Assembly: GCA_017694515.1 (NCBI GenBank)
Contig: JADIMV010000083.1
Location: 1-55,853, forward strand
Origin: Candidatus Aphodosoma intestinipullorum
GTDB lineage: Bacteria > Bacteroidota > Bacteroidia > Bacteroidales > Paludibacteraceae
DNA length: 55,853 bases
Direction of reading: 5' to 3'
Each line of letters opens with the position of its first letter. Within the stretch, counting starts at the first letter, position 1. Both the position numbers and the translations under genes were made by a program. Shown piece by piece: positions 19,599 through 29,948 of the stretch. The notes beneath the pieces were generated by a model. It was not told the DNA's origin and searched no databases. It worked only from the letters and a program-made list of their open reading frames with translations.

Positions 19599-20716
19599 AC
19601 TGTCAAACCTCCTGTCCGGTGTCATCGAAGAAGAGGGTACTTATGGCGATGAGCGGCGGCATAGACAGTTCCGTTGCTGCCATTCTCCTGAAAGAGCAGG
19701 GCTATGAGCTTGTAGGGGCTACATACCGCACCTTTGACGGCATTTCCCGTGAATGTTTGGCAAAGGAGAAAGGCTGTTGTTCGGTGGATTCGATAATGGA
19801 GGCTCGCCGCATGGCGCACGACATGGGGTTTGAGCATCATATCATAGACCTGCGCCAGACGTTCCGCGAAAGCGTAATAGCCGATTTCATCGATGAATAT
19901 CTGCATGGCCGCACTCCTAATCCCTGTGTCGTGTGCAACTCTGAAATCAAATGGGGAAAATTGCAGCAGGTGGCTGACTCTCTCGGATGTGATTATATTG
20001 CCACAGGGCATTACGCTCGCATTTCTACCGATGAAACCGGGCGTTTTTTTCTCCGTAAGGGAGTGGATGCACATAAGGATCAGACCTATTTCCTTTGGCG
20101 GCTGACGCAGGAGAACCTTTCGCGCACACTATTCCCGCTTGGTGAAATGACTAAGGCTGAGGTGAGGGCTGTAGCGGCGGCACATGGCTATGTGAAGCTT
20201 TCCCGGAAGTCGGAAAGTCAGGAGATATGTTTCATCCCTGATAACGACTACCGTCACTTCCTTGCCTCCAATGTGGAAAGTTATGCCGAGCGATACGGTG
20301 AAGGCTATTTCGTTGATACCGATGGAAATGTATTAGGACGGCATAAGGGTTATCCGAATTACACTATCGGTCAGCGCAAGGGGCTTGGCATAGCTCTCGG
20401 CAGGCCGGTGTATGTCGTACGCATTGAGCCGAAAACAAACCGTGTTGTGCTTGGCGAGAGGGAGGATCTTCTATCCCGAAGTTGCCGGATAAAGAGGGTG
20501 AATATGATGAAAATGGCCGATTTCATCGATGGGATGGAAGTCATGGCGAAAATGCGCTACAAGAGCCGTCCCGGTCTTGCCACGATATGGCATGACGGCG
20601 ATGGCATACGGGTAGATTTCCGTGAGCCGATGGAGAGTGTCACTCCCGGCCAGAGTGCAGTGCTATATGGAGGTGACGGTTGGCAGGATGTGTTATGCGC
20701 TGGGGTGATATGCTGA
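19595..20716 (+). CDS. mnmA: tRNA 2-thiouridine(34) synthase MnmA
   Basis: PP-loop motif AMSGGIDSSVAA plus family-typical CVVCN and TGHYAR motifs. The start is uncertain: TTG 19595 (overlaps the hutI TGA), GTG 19619 or ATG 19643. Confidence 0.9.
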   Translation: MNCQTSCPVSSKKRVLMAMSGGIDSSVAAILLKEQGYELVGATYRTFDGISRECLAKEKGCCSVDSIMEARRMAHDMGFEHHIIDLRQTFRESVIADFIDEYLHGRTPNPCVVCNSEIKWGKLQQVADSLGCDYIATGHYARISTDETGRFFLRKGVDAHKDQTYFLWRLTQENLSRTLFPLGEMTKAEVRAVAAAHGYVKLSRKSESQEICFIPDNDYRHFLASNVESYAERYGEGYFVDTDGNVLGRHKGYPNYTIGQRKGLGIALGRPVYVVRIEPKTNRVVLGEREDLLSRSCRIKRVNMMKMADFIDGMEVMAKMRYKSRPGLATIWHDGDGIRVDFREPMESVTPGQSAVLYGGDGWQDVLCAGVIC

Positions 20717-20753
20717 ACTGGCGGCACCGGGAACCCCAATATCTGATGAGGTA

Positions 20754-20794
20754 AAACGGGAAAAGCACCGATGAAATCGGTGCTTTTCCCGTTT
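20754..20794. terminator. Bidirectional terminator between mnmA (+) and the PspC-domain gene (-)
   Basis: Perfect 19-bp stem aaacgggaaaagcaccgat / atcggtgcttttcccgttt with loop gaa. A/T runs on both sides. Confidence 0.8.
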
Positions 20795-20816
20795 GTACAT
20801 CTGCTGAAGGTTAGTC

Positions 20817-21002
20817 TTATTCCTCAGGCATAAGCAGCATCAAAATGATGTATATTATCGCGCCTGAAAATGCAGTGAAAACCGTAAGCAGTGCGTAAAT
20901 TATCCGTACTGCAGTTATGTCCCACCCTAAATACTCGGCGAGGCCGCCGCAAACTCCGGCTATTACCCGGTCACGCGATTTATGAAGCCTTTTTCCTGCC
21001 AT
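20817..21002 (-). CDS. PspC-domain small membrane protein
   Basis: 61 aa. RDRVIAGVCGGLAEYLGWDITAVRIIYALLTVF is the classic PspC N-terminal domain, followed by a TM helix. Confidence 0.8.
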   Translation of the reverse strand: MAGKRLHKSRDRVIAGVCGGLAEYLGWDITAVRIIYALLTVFTAFSGAIIYIILMLLMPEE

Positions 21003-21339
21003 AATCTTAATACAATAAGGTTAGTAAATCCATGTCTGAATATAGATGTTTTTGTCTTTGGCCTGCTGCCGATGCGTTTATCCCAAATCGGTCATTAGAA
21101 TTTGAGCTGATTTCTATGTTTATGGCGAGTAGATTAATACGCACTTTTCCGAAGGCATAGCGGGCTATGTCAAGGAAAATTGCGTATGAAGATACCGCCA
21201 GAAACTGGAAAGCAGCCAAATAGTTTAGTAAAAACGGGATTTCAGCCGAACTCAAAATCCTCTATTGCATATCAAAGGCCGCTTAGTGGAAAACTGGCTT
21301 TCGCATAGTCCTTAAAACCTTCTAATGACCGTTTTGGGT

Positions 21340-23385
21340 TTATCCTACCTTGCAGCCCGGTTTCACCGGCGTTTCGGGACGGACGAGGCGGAGTTTGCCG
21401 TCAGCATCGACTGCGCTCAGTATCATGCCTTCGCTCATTATCCCGCGCAGCTTGCGTGGCTCGAAGTTGGCTATGAAAACCACCTGTTTGCCGACGAGTT
21501 CCGCCGGGTCAGGATAGCTCTGCGCGATGCCGGAGACAATGGTGCGGCCACCCATCCCGTCATCTATACGGAATTGCAGCAGTTTGTCTGTTTTGGGCAC
21601 TTTGGCGCATTCTAATACTGTGCCTACTCTCAAATCGCACTTCTCCCACTCTTCGTATGGTATGTTCTCACCTACTGGCTCAGGCTTGAAAGCTGCCGCC
21701 TCGTTGGCTTTTTTCGTTTCGAGCAGCCTCTGTATCTGTGCCTGTATCGGTTCGTCCTCTATCTTCTCGAACAGCAGTTCGGGCTTTTCTGTCTCATCAT
21801 CGGTATGCAACAGGTCTATATGTCCGAGCATCTCCCAATTCTTTTCTTTCATTCCGAGCATCTTGCGCAGTTTTCCCGATGAGAACGGCAGGAACGGGTC
21901 GAACGCTATTGCGAGGTTGGCCGCTATCTGGAGCGCGATGTGCAGTATCGTCGCCGTGCGCCCCATGTCGCTCTTGGCGAGTTTCCACGGCTCTGTGTCG
22001 GCGAGATACTTGTTGCCGACGCGTGCGAGGTTCATCGCCTCACGCTGTGCATCGCGGAAACGGAAATTGTCCAGCATGGTTTCAATGGCCGGTTTCGATG
22101 CACGGATTGCATCGAGAGTCTCGCGGTCATAGTTGGTCAGTTCGCCGAGCGGCGGCACTTTCCCGTCGAAATACTTGTGTGTCAGCACCAATGCGCGGTT
22201 TATGAAGTTCCCGTATATGGCAACAAGCTCACTGTTGTTCCTTGTCTGGAAGTCTTTCCATGTAAAGTCGTTGTCCTTGGTCTCCGGAGCGTTGGCTGTC
22301 AGCACATAGCGCAGCACATCCTGTTTCCCCGGGAAGTCGGCAAGGTATTCGTGCAGCCATACCGCCCAGTTGCGCGATGTCGAAATCTTGTCGCCTTCGA
22401 GGTTAAGAAACTCGTTTGCGGGCACGTTGTCCGGCAGTATGTAGCTCCCCTCGGCCTTGAGCATGGCGGGGAAGACTATGCAGTGGAACACGATATTGTC
22501 CTTGCCTATGAAATGTATCATGCGCGTGGATTTGTCTTTCCACCACGTCTCCCAATCATCGGGGCGTATCTCTTTCGTGTTCGAAATGTAGCCTATCGGC
22601 GCGTCAAACCACACATACAGCACCTTACCCTCAGCTCCCTCCACAGGCACAGGTATACCCCAGTCGAGGTCGCGGCTCACTGCGCGTGGCTGTAGCCCCA
22701 TGTCGAGCCAACTCTTGCATTGGCCGTACACATTGGCTTTCCACTCTTTATGGTCTTCGAGAATCCACTTGCGCAGCCATGCCTCGTGCTTGTCTAAGGG
22801 CAAGTACCAGTGCTTCGTCTCGCGCAGTACAGGCTTTGAGCCTGATATGGCTGACTTCGGGTCAATCAGGTCGAGCGGCGAGAGGCTTGTCCCGCACGCC
22901 TCGCACTGGTCACCGTAGGCATTCGGGTTCTTGCAGTGAGGGCAAGTGCCCGTGATATAGCGGTCTGCCAGAAACTGGTGAGCCTCCTCGTCATAATACT
23001 GCTCCGAAGTCTTCTCCACAAATTCGCCCTTGTCATACAGTGTGCGGAAAAACTCCGATGCTGTACGGCGGTGTATCTCCGAACTCGTGCGCGAATACAC
23101 GTCGAACGATATGCCGAACTCCTCGAACGACTTCTTGATAATCCTGTGATAGCGGTCCACAATATCCTGCGGTGTAACCCCCTCCTTGCGTGCCATGATA
23201 GTGATAGGCACACCGTGTTCATCAGAACCTCCGATGAACAGCACATCCTCCCCCTTGTTGCGGAGATAACGCACATATACGTCCGCCGGCACGTAGACTC
23301 CGGCCAGATGACCGATGTGTACAGGCCCGTTTGCGTATGGCAACGCGGTAGTTACCAGTGTCCTTTTGAAATCTTTCATCTTCAC
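21340..23385 (-). CDS. metG: Methionine--tRNA ligase with C-terminal tRNA-binding domain
   Basis: HIGH motif (PVHIGHLAG), Zn knuckle CPHCKN..CEACG, KMSKS-like KISTSRN, and a C-terminal EMAP-like domain ([22 protein letters not shown]). Confidence 0.97.
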   Translation of the reverse strand: MKMKDFKRTLVTTALPYANGPVHIGHLAGVYVPADVYVRYLRNKGEDVLFIGGSDEHGVPITIMARKEGVTPQDIVDRYHRIIKKSFEEFGISFDVYSRTSSEIHRRTASEFFRTLYDKGEFVEKTSEQYYDEEAHQFLADRYITGTCPHCKNPNAYGDQCEACGTSLSPLDLIDPKSAISGSKPVLRETKHWYLPLDKHEAWLRKWILEDHKEWKANVYGQCKSWLDMGLQPRAVSRDLDWGIPVPVEGAEGKVLYVWFDAPIGYISNTKEIRPDDWETWWKDKSTRMIHFIGKDNIVFHCIVFPAMLKAEGSYILPDNVPANEFLNLEGDKISTSRNWAVWLHEYLADFPGKQDVLRYVLTANAPETKDNDFTWKDFQTRNNSELVAIYGNFINRALVLTHKYFDGKVPPLGELTNYDRETLDAIRASKPAIETMLDNFRFRDAQREAMNLARVGNKYLADTEPWKLAKSDMGRTATILHIALQIAANLAIAFDPFLPFSSGKLRKMLGMKEKNWEMLGHIDLLHTDDETEKPELLFEKIEDEPIQAQIQRLLETKKANEAAAFKPEPVGENIPYEEWEKCDLRVGTVLECAKVPKTDKLLQFRIDDGMGGRTIVSGIAQSYPDPAELVGKQVVFIANFEPRKLRGIMSEGMILSAVDADGKLRLVRPETPVKPGCKVG

Positions 23386-23490
23386 TCTCTTTTTGTCTTT
23401 TGCCCTTTACGAGGATAGCTTGACAGCGGACGCTGAACCGGATACTAACCTGCTTGTCTGCCTGCCCTCATCCTCTCCTGCTATTTTGCA

Positions 23491-23498
23491 CAAAGTTA
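23491..23498 (-). promoter_or_regulatory. -7 box (TAACTTTG on the minus strand) upstream of metG
   Basis: Exact TAnnTTTG match about 105 nt upstream of the metG ATG. Confidence 0.4.
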
Positions 23499-23667
23499 CG
23501 GAAAAAAACTGAAACCTGCTGCCTTGACTGCACACCGATACCGTACAACCAAGGCAAATTTCCATGTAACTGTCTGAAAATAAAATGAAAACTTCTGTGC
23601 AAGATAACATTTTGAACTTGCGGATACATTGACCGCAGCTGTGGATTGCAGTACTCTCTACTTGTGC

Positions 23668-23750
23668 AAATTAAAGTTAAAAACACGTACTCTCGCCGAA
23701 GCTCCTCCGAAGCCCTGCCGAAGCCTCTCCCAATACTCACGCCATTTTCA
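23668..23750 (+). repeat. Dispersed intergenic element, copy B
   Basis: Core GTTAAAAACACGTACTCTCG at 23676..23695. Three CCGAAGC heptads at 23696, 23707 and 23718, phased at exactly 11 nt. Confidence 0.85.
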
Positions 23751-23919
23751 CCTGTCTTTCCCTTATGCTCCAGCCCGGGATTTCCCCGTTTGCCGTTTCG
23801 CATGACATGATTAAACCCGAAGTCGTTAGGTCTTGTGTGGATTGCTGGGTTTATGGAATGCCGCCAAAACCTTTAGCAAAACATTCTGATGACTGTTTTG
23901 CCTTAAACGGGGAATAACT

Positions 23920-23927
23920 TAACTTTG
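23920..23927 (+). promoter_or_regulatory. -7 box (TAACTTTG) upstream of nagB
   Basis: Exact TAnnTTTG match 60 nt upstream of the ATG at 23987. Confidence 0.45.
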
Positions 23928-23986
23928 TACTAAGTTTCGGCTTTTCGCTGGACTGGCATCCATGTCGAATAAACTGCAATATCACC

Positions 23987-25969
23987 ATGAAGCACAACCT
24001 CAGTTCGCAGATTGTACTGCACCGGATACCGCGCAAGTACTATCGGCCCGACAATGCGCTTGAGCTGTCGGGCATATCCCGTTTCGAGAAGATAAAAGTC
24101 AACATTTCAGGCACTCCAGCCGAAGGGGGCGAGACCATAGCACGCGAAATAGCCGCCCTCATACGGCGCAAGGCGAAACGCCGCGAGACGTGTGTGCTTG
24201 GCCTGAACAGCGGTCGTTCACCCATAGAAGTCTACGAGGCACTCGTGCGTATGCACCGCGAGGAAGGACTTAGCTTCGCCAATGTCGTGGTGTTCAACCT
24301 TTTCGAGTATTACCCTCTCGACTCGTCAGCCGCGCAGAGCTGTCTGAACCAGATACGCCGTATGTTTTTCGACCTTGTAGACATCCCGGCCGGGAATATA
24401 TTTTCCCCCGACGGCTCATTGCCGCAGGGCGAAATCGTGCAGCACTGTGCCGAATACGAGCAGCGCATAGAGGACTACGGAGGCATTGATTACCAGATAC
24501 TCGGCATAGGGCCAAACGGCAACATAGGGTTCAACGAACCCGGTTCTCAGGCCGCTTCACGCACGCGGCTGATACTTCTTGACTCCGTGTCGCGCAAAGA
24601 GGCGGCACGCCTTTTCGGCACGATAGACAAAGTACCGCGCGGTGCTATCACCCTAGGAGTGAGCAATATACTCAAGTCAAGGCGCATAGCCCTCATAGCG
24701 TGGGACGAGTCGAAGTCGGACATAATCAAGACCATTGTCGAAGGTTCAATGAGTGACCAGTGTCCGGCCACTTTCCTGCAAATGCACGAGAACGCAACAC
24801 TCTTCACAGATGTCCATTCAGCCGGTTCTCTCACTCGCATCAGCCGACCGTGGCTTGTAACATCGTGTGAATGGAACGATACGCTCATACGCCGTGCCAT
24901 CGTGTGGCTATGCCAGAGACTGGAAAAACCGATACTGAAGCTCACCAACAAGGATTATAACGAGAACGGACTCTCCGAACTGCTTGCACTTTACGGCTCG
25001 GCATATAACGTCAATATTAAGGTGTTCAATGATTTGCAGCATACCATTACCGGCTGGCCGGGAGGCAAGCCCGATGCGGACGACTCGAACCGTCCCGAAC
25101 GCGCTGTGCCGTATCCCAAGCGGGTAGTGGTCTTCTCCCCTCATCCCGACGATGATGTTATCTCGATGGGCGGCACGCTGAAACGGCTTGTAGACCAGCA
25201 TCACGATGTACACGTGTGCTATGAGACCTCGGGCAACATTGCCGTGGACGATGATGAAATCATACGTTTCATATCATTCGTGCGTGGGTTTCAGGAGATG
25301 TTTGATCCGCAGAATTGTCTGATACCTGAAAAACTCGATGAAATCAGGCGTTTCCTGATGGAGGAGAAGGGGGAGAACGATGTGGATACGCTTGATGTGC
25401 GCCGCTTGAAAGGATTGCTCCGCAGGGGTGAGGCGAGTGCGGCGTGCCGCTATATGGGGTTGAAGCCCGACAATGTACATTTCCTAAACCTGCCGTTTTA
25501 TGAGACAGGTACAATTAAGAAAGGCGACCTGACCGAGAGGGATATAGAGATAATAAAGGCCGTATTGGCCGATGTGCATCCGCATCAGATTTATGTGGCT
25601 GGCGATTTGGCCGACCCGCACGGCACTCACCGCGTATGCCTTGATGCAGTGTTGGCCGCCATAGATGAGATGAAAGGCGAGGAGTGGATGCAGGATTGCC
25701 GCGTGTGGATGTATCGTGGTGCATGGATGGAGTGGGAGATAGACCATATAGAAATGGCCGTGCCGCTCAGCCCGGAGGAACTGCGTTCTAAGCGCAATGC
25801 GATACTCAAACACCAGTCGCAGATGGAGGGTGCGCCCTTTCTCGGCGGCGACGAACGCCTTTTCTGGCAGCGTGCTGAGGAGCGCAACAAAGCGACTGCC
25901 GACCTTTACAACCGTCTCGGACTCGCCGCGTATGAGGCCATCGAGGCGTTCGTGAGATATAAGTTCTGA
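23987..25969 (+). CDS. nagB: Long-form glucosamine-6-phosphate deaminase fused to a PIG-L/LmbE-like deacetylase domain
   Basis: The N-terminal half resembles NagB/SugarP-isomerase (LGLNSGRSPIEVY, GIGPNGNIGFNEPGS). The C-terminal half has the PIG-L signature VVVFSPHPDDDVISMGGTL. Confidence 0.88.
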   Translation: MKHNLSSQIVLHRIPRKYYRPDNALELSGISRFEKIKVNISGTPAEGGETIAREIAALIRRKAKRRETCVLGLNSGRSPIEVYEALVRMHREEGLSFANVVVFNLFEYYPLDSSAAQSCLNQIRRMFFDLVDIPAGNIFSPDGSLPQGEIVQHCAEYEQRIEDYGGIDYQILGIGPNGNIGFNEPGSQAASRTRLILLDSVSRKEAARLFGTIDKVPRGAITLGVSNILKSRRIALIAWDESKSDIIKTIVEGSMSDQCPATFLQMHENATLFTDVHSAGSLTRISRPWLVTSCEWNDTLIRRAIVWLCQRLEKPILKLTNKDYNENGLSELLALYGSAYNVNIKVFNDLQHTITGWPGGKPDADDSNRPERAVPYPKRVVVFSPHPDDDVISMGGTLKRLVDQHHDVHVCYETSGNIAVDDDEIIRFISFVRGFQEMFDPQNCLIPEKLDEIRRFLMEEKGENDVDTLDVRRLKGLLRRGEASAACRYMGLKPDNVHFLNLPFYETGTIKKGDLTERDIEIIKAVLADVHPHQIYVAGDLADPHGTHRVCLDAVLAAIDEMKGEEWMQDCRVWMYRGAWMEWEIDHIEMAVPLSPEELRSKRNAILKHQSQMEGAPFLGGDERLFWQRAEERNKATADLYNRLGLAAYEAIEAFVRYKF

Positions 25970-26002
25970 ACCGATTCCCCTTTGAAGGGCTGTGATATAG
26001 GA

Positions 26003-26041
26003 ATGCGCCCGCTGTCAGTATGTTTCTGACAGCGGGCGCAT
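26003..26041. terminator. Bidirectional terminator between nagB (+) and the transglutaminase-like gene (-)
   Basis: Perfect 16-bp stem atgcgcccgctgtcag / ctgacagcgggcgcat with a 7-nt loop. Confidence 0.7.
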
Positions 26042-26069
26042 GGGTCTTTGGCGTTGCGACTCTGGCAGT

Positions 26070-28823
26070 TCAGAGTTTTGTAATCACGCGGTGTAGTTGT
26101 TCGCCGAGCCCGATGGTGTAGCCTTGTGATACATATACCACACGGTTGAATGTGTCGGCTATGATGAATAGCGGCAGGGGCGCGTTCTCGTTGAGGTTTA
26201 GGTTCTTGATGATTTCCCGTCGGAAAGTGTCGTTGCGGTCTATGCCGAATGATACTGTCTGAGGTAGCCCGGGAAACTCTTCTGGCTTGAAGCGTGAGCG
26301 GCTGTCGTCGTCTGGGAAGAGGAGTATCATGGGCCGTCCCCACTGTTCCAGCTCTTTACTCATGGCTGCAATGTCTTTGAGCGCATGGTTCGTAGGCTCT
26401 TCGCCCGCCCCGAGTATGCCGATAACGAAATAGCCGCGTCCTGTGGTGGAGAGCACTGATGTGGCATCTCCCGCATCGCCTTCCACATCGGCCAGCGGAA
26501 GATAAAGACCCTCGCTGTTGAAGTCGCCGATGACCTGTATGTCCTCATCATCGGTGCGCATGGTGAGCGGAATTTCTACGGTCTCATCGGGCTTTACGGA
26601 GAAGAATGTCATGGTGGCAAGCACATTGCCCCCAGCCATGCGTGTCCCCGTGACGAGGAGATAGTTGCCTGCGTCAATCCTTTTCCCGTCCTTGAAGTCG
26701 GAGAATGTTATGCCGTCGGCAGTCACGTCAGGCTCAGGATATTCAAGCAGGTGCAGCCGTCCGCCTGCATCAATGCTGGAGAGCGAGAAGTGGGAGTAGT
26801 ACTTCGGGTTGGGTAGCACGGCGGTGGGCGTGTATGTCATCTTCAGTTCGCCTACTGGGGTGGCCTTGGCTTCAGAATTGCTGGTTTCATCGAGATTTAC
26901 CTCATATCCCCTGAACATTTTTCTAAGTTCGTATATTAACTCCTCACGGCTCATGGTGTCTGTATCAAGTTCATGGAACCGGTATATCTTCACCTTCCCT
27001 GTTACGGGGTCTATCTCCGCAGGACGGCCGAGACTGTGCGCAAGAGCCACGAAAAATATGTCGCGGCTGTGCGGGTCGGCCATGCGGGTGCGCCACACGC
27101 CTTCGGGCGAGATGGGAGAGCCACCGAGATTGCAGTCGTCTACAACGCGGATGCTGTCCTTGACCCATTGGATTAGCGCGGCCTCGTTGTCTGTCAGGGC
27201 GGCGCGTGTGGCGGAGTCTATGACATCGTGGAAATAGGCCGAATAGGGGGTGAGCATCTCGTTGGAGATGCGCATCCATGGATTGTTAACCATGCCGTTC
27301 TGCACCCCTTCATTGGCGGCACGCACATCCGCCATCTTGTTGTCAAGTACCGCCGCGCTAATGTCGTGCAGGTCTTTGGGGAAATTGCGGAAAGTGGTGG
27401 TTATTATCGCTTCGGCATAACGCCTGTCATCGGTGGAACCGGCATATTTTGTGAGGAAGTCCATGATGGTTTCATGGTTACCGCGCGATTCGATTATAGC
27501 CTTATAGAGGTCTGTATCATATCTGTATCCGTTTTTCGCGCAGAAGTTTTTCGCGTCTGCCTCAGTCGGGAATGTAGCTTCGTATGCACCGCGTATGGAG
27601 TCCTCTATGGCGAGACGGCGGTTGTTCTCGGCACGTTGCGCATCCGTCACAGCTGGAATATTGGCTGTTTCGGCTGGAGGCACTATCTCTATCTCGTATG
27701 TTGCGTTTGTGCCGGGTGTCTTGTCTACAACTACTGTTACCTCCTTGTCCTTGCCGAATGTCACTTTCGCAAAGCCGAACTTGCCGTTGTGCGTTGCCCA
27801 GACTATCATGTCGCCAAGGCCGGCGGAGAGTGAAGTATGGCCGGTTTCATCGGTGCTTTTGGTGGCTACGGTGTAGAACTCGGCATAGTTATAGAGTTTG
27901 AATTCGACTGTTGCACCCGGGATAGGACGACCGTTTTCGTCCACAACCGATATGTCAGTACGCGCACTCTTGGCATAGTTGTCTATCACGTTGATTTCAG
28001 TGTAGCGCGCCGTACGGCTCATCACGTCTTCCGGCCCGTGATATTTGCCGAACACCTTTGTGTGCATCAGCATACCGCGGCTTGCCGGGGCGTTGAACCA
28101 TGCGAGGTCTAACACTGGTTCAGGCTCACAAGCTCCGAGAAAATACCATTTGCCATCGGCCCACGCCTCTACCCATGCATGGTTATTGTCCGTATGCGCC
28201 CAGCGTGGAGTGTAGACTTGCCGTGCGGGAATGCCTACTGACCGCAGGGCTGCCACGGTGAATGTGGATTCTTCTCCGCACCGTCCGTATGCATTCCTCA
28301 TTGTGGCAAGAGGCGAGGAGGTACGGGCATCTGTAGGTCGGTATACCACGTGTTCGTGGCACCAATGGTTAACTTCGAGTATCGCATCATACATCGAGAG
28401 CCCTTTTACCCTATCTTTCAGTTCATTATAGAAAATGGGGCGGTGGCCGTCAAGGTCTTCGTTGTTCACGCGTACTGGCAGGACGAAGTGGCGGAATTCG
28501 CGTTCTGGTACTTTTTTCCCCCACGGCATTTCTTCACGTGCAGTGAATGAACAGCGCACATTTTCAAGGAAATAGTCACTGTCCTGATTGGCTATGTCGG
28601 CCAATGGCATATAGGCATAGAGAAATTCGAGTGCTTCGCGTTCAGCGGCGGTTAGTTCGCTGTCGAAAACACTGAACATTTGGTCTTTGCCTATCTCGGC
28701 ACGGCGTTGTCTGAAGTCATTGTGTACCTCTTCGCGCTCTGATTTGTCCGAAATAAAGTGTCCCCCGGTACATGCCGACAGCACAAGCAGTGATGCACAG
28801 GCAATAATGTGTTTGATTTTCAT
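26070..28823 (-). CDS. Transglutaminase-like domain lipoprotein (917 aa)
   Basis: Lipobox MKIKHIIACASLLVLSAC. Transglutaminase core YGRCGEESTFTVAALRSVGIPARQVY...NHAWVEAW (Cys-His-Asp type). The C-terminus has a thioredoxin-fold-like region. Confidence 0.85.
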   Translation of the reverse strand: MKIKHIIACASLLVLSACTGGHFISDKSEREEVHNDFRQRRAEIGKDQMFSVFDSELTAAEREALEFLYAYMPLADIANQDSDYFLENVRCSFTAREEMPWGKKVPEREFRHFVLPVRVNNEDLDGHRPIFYNELKDRVKGLSMYDAILEVNHWCHEHVVYRPTDARTSSPLATMRNAYGRCGEESTFTVAALRSVGIPARQVYTPRWAHTDNNHAWVEAWADGKWYFLGACEPEPVLDLAWFNAPASRGMLMHTKVFGKYHGPEDVMSRTARYTEINVIDNYAKSARTDISVVDENGRPIPGATVEFKLYNYAEFYTVATKSTDETGHTSLSAGLGDMIVWATHNGKFGFAKVTFGKDKEVTVVVDKTPGTNATYEIEIVPPAETANIPAVTDAQRAENNRRLAIEDSIRGAYEATFPTEADAKNFCAKNGYRYDTDLYKAIIESRGNHETIMDFLTKYAGSTDDRRYAEAIITTTFRNFPKDLHDISAAVLDNKMADVRAANEGVQNGMVNNPWMRISNEMLTPYSAYFHDVIDSATRAALTDNEAALIQWVKDSIRVVDDCNLGGSPISPEGVWRTRMADPHSRDIFFVALAHSLGRPAEIDPVTGKVKIYRFHELDTDTMSREELIYELRKMFRGYEVNLDETSNSEAKATPVGELKMTYTPTAVLPNPKYYSHFSLSSIDAGGRLHLLEYPEPDVTADGITFSDFKDGKRIDAGNYLLVTGTRMAGGNVLATMTFFSVKPDETVEIPLTMRTDDEDIQVIGDFNSEGLYLPLADVEGDAGDATSVLSTTGRGYFVIGILGAGEEPTNHALKDIAAMSKELEQWGRPMILLFPDDDSRSRFKPEEFPGLPQTVSFGIDRNDTFRREIIKNLNLNENAPLPLFIIADTFNRVVYVSQGYTIGLGEQLHRVITKL

Positions 28824-28852
28824 AGGATATAGATTGTATGATTAATGTGTTG

Positions 28853-29686
28853 TTAGTTCGAGTCGGCTTCATGGTCATTGTTTCCCCTCATGGCAAAGAA
28901 GTGGTCTACTGGGCCGAATCCGTGGCCTAACGTGTAACGCGAGCCTGACGTGATGGCACTGGTAATGTAATCTTTGGCTGAACAGACGGCATCGGTCAGT
29001 GGTAGTCCCCTCGCAATGAATGAGGCTATAGCCGATGAGAGCGTGCATCCTGTACCGTGAGTGTTTTTAGTGTACAGACGTGATGATTCGAGAGATACAA
29101 TCTCGTCTGTTTCGGCGTTGTATAGTATGTCGATGAGCCGTTCGTCCGTGAGGTGGCCTGCCTTGAGCAGCACGGATATGTTCCCGTTCATAGAGAGCTC
29201 TTTGGCGCAGGCGGCCAGTTCGTCCTGCCCGCCGATTTTTCTGCCGAGTATGATTTCCGCTTCCGGGATGTTGGGAGTTATAATGCGTGCACACGGCATA
29301 AGTTCATTGATAAGCGTCTCTATTGCACTATCTTCCATGAGCCTATGCCCGGAAGTGGAGACCATTACCGGGTCGAGGACAATGTTGCGGTTTCCGTATG
29401 CGGAGAGACAGTCGCGCACGGTGAGCATGACCTCTGACGAATGGAGCATCCCGATTTTAATCGCGTCTGTGCCTATGTCTGAGAGTACGGCGTCAATCTG
29501 TCCTTTTATAGTCTCCGTCGGTATGGGGAATACGGACTGCACGCCGAGCGTGTTCTGCACGGTGATGGCCGTTATGGCCGAAGATGCATAGCACCCGCAC
29601 GCCGATATTGTTTTTATGTCCGCCTGTATGCCTGCGCCTCCGCCCGAGTCGCTTCCCGCAATGGTTATTACACGGTTGTATTTCAT
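28853..29686 (-). CDS. thiD: Hydroxymethylpyrimidine / phosphomethylpyrimidine kinase
   Basis: VITIAGSDSGGGAGIQADIKT and THGTGCTLSSAIA motifs; 277 aa. Confidence 0.93.
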   Translation of the reverse strand: MKYNRVITIAGSDSGGGAGIQADIKTISACGCYASSAITAITVQNTLGVQSVFPIPTETIKGQIDAVLSDIGTDAIKIGMLHSSEVMLTVRDCLSAYGNRNIVLDPVMVSTSGHRLMEDSAIETLINELMPCARIITPNIPEAEIILGRKIGGQDELAACAKELSMNGNISVLLKAGHLTDERLIDILYNAETDEIVSLESSRLYTKNTHGTGCTLSSAIASFIARGLPLTDAVCSAKDYITSAITSGSRYTLGHGFGPVDHFFAMRGNNDHEADSN

Positions 29687-29948
29687 AGCTGGTTACGTTT
29701 GTTATATTAAATCATTGTCTTGTTAATTATGTGATAGTTGAGACTTTCAATTTGCTTGAAAGGTTGCTATCCAGCATCCGCTCTTTGAAGAGGCCAATGG
29801 TTGACGTATTGCCTCATGCTGAGATTTTAAGTTTGGACTAAAAGTGAGTTCCCTCAAATTTACTCCTATTCTTGATTCGAGATATGGTTGTCATGTACCC
29901 GATTTCCCCGATTAGGGTACATGATATGGTTGTCATGACCCGTTTTTT

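Noticed and set aside
21007-21255. 82-aa ORF (TTG start) ending 4 nt upstream of the PspC-domain gene.
   Set aside because: It has no ATG, no recognisable motif and an odd composition. The region is more simply the metG 3' region plus the pspC promoter. It is left unannotated, although the tight spacing to pspC keeps a small possibility open.
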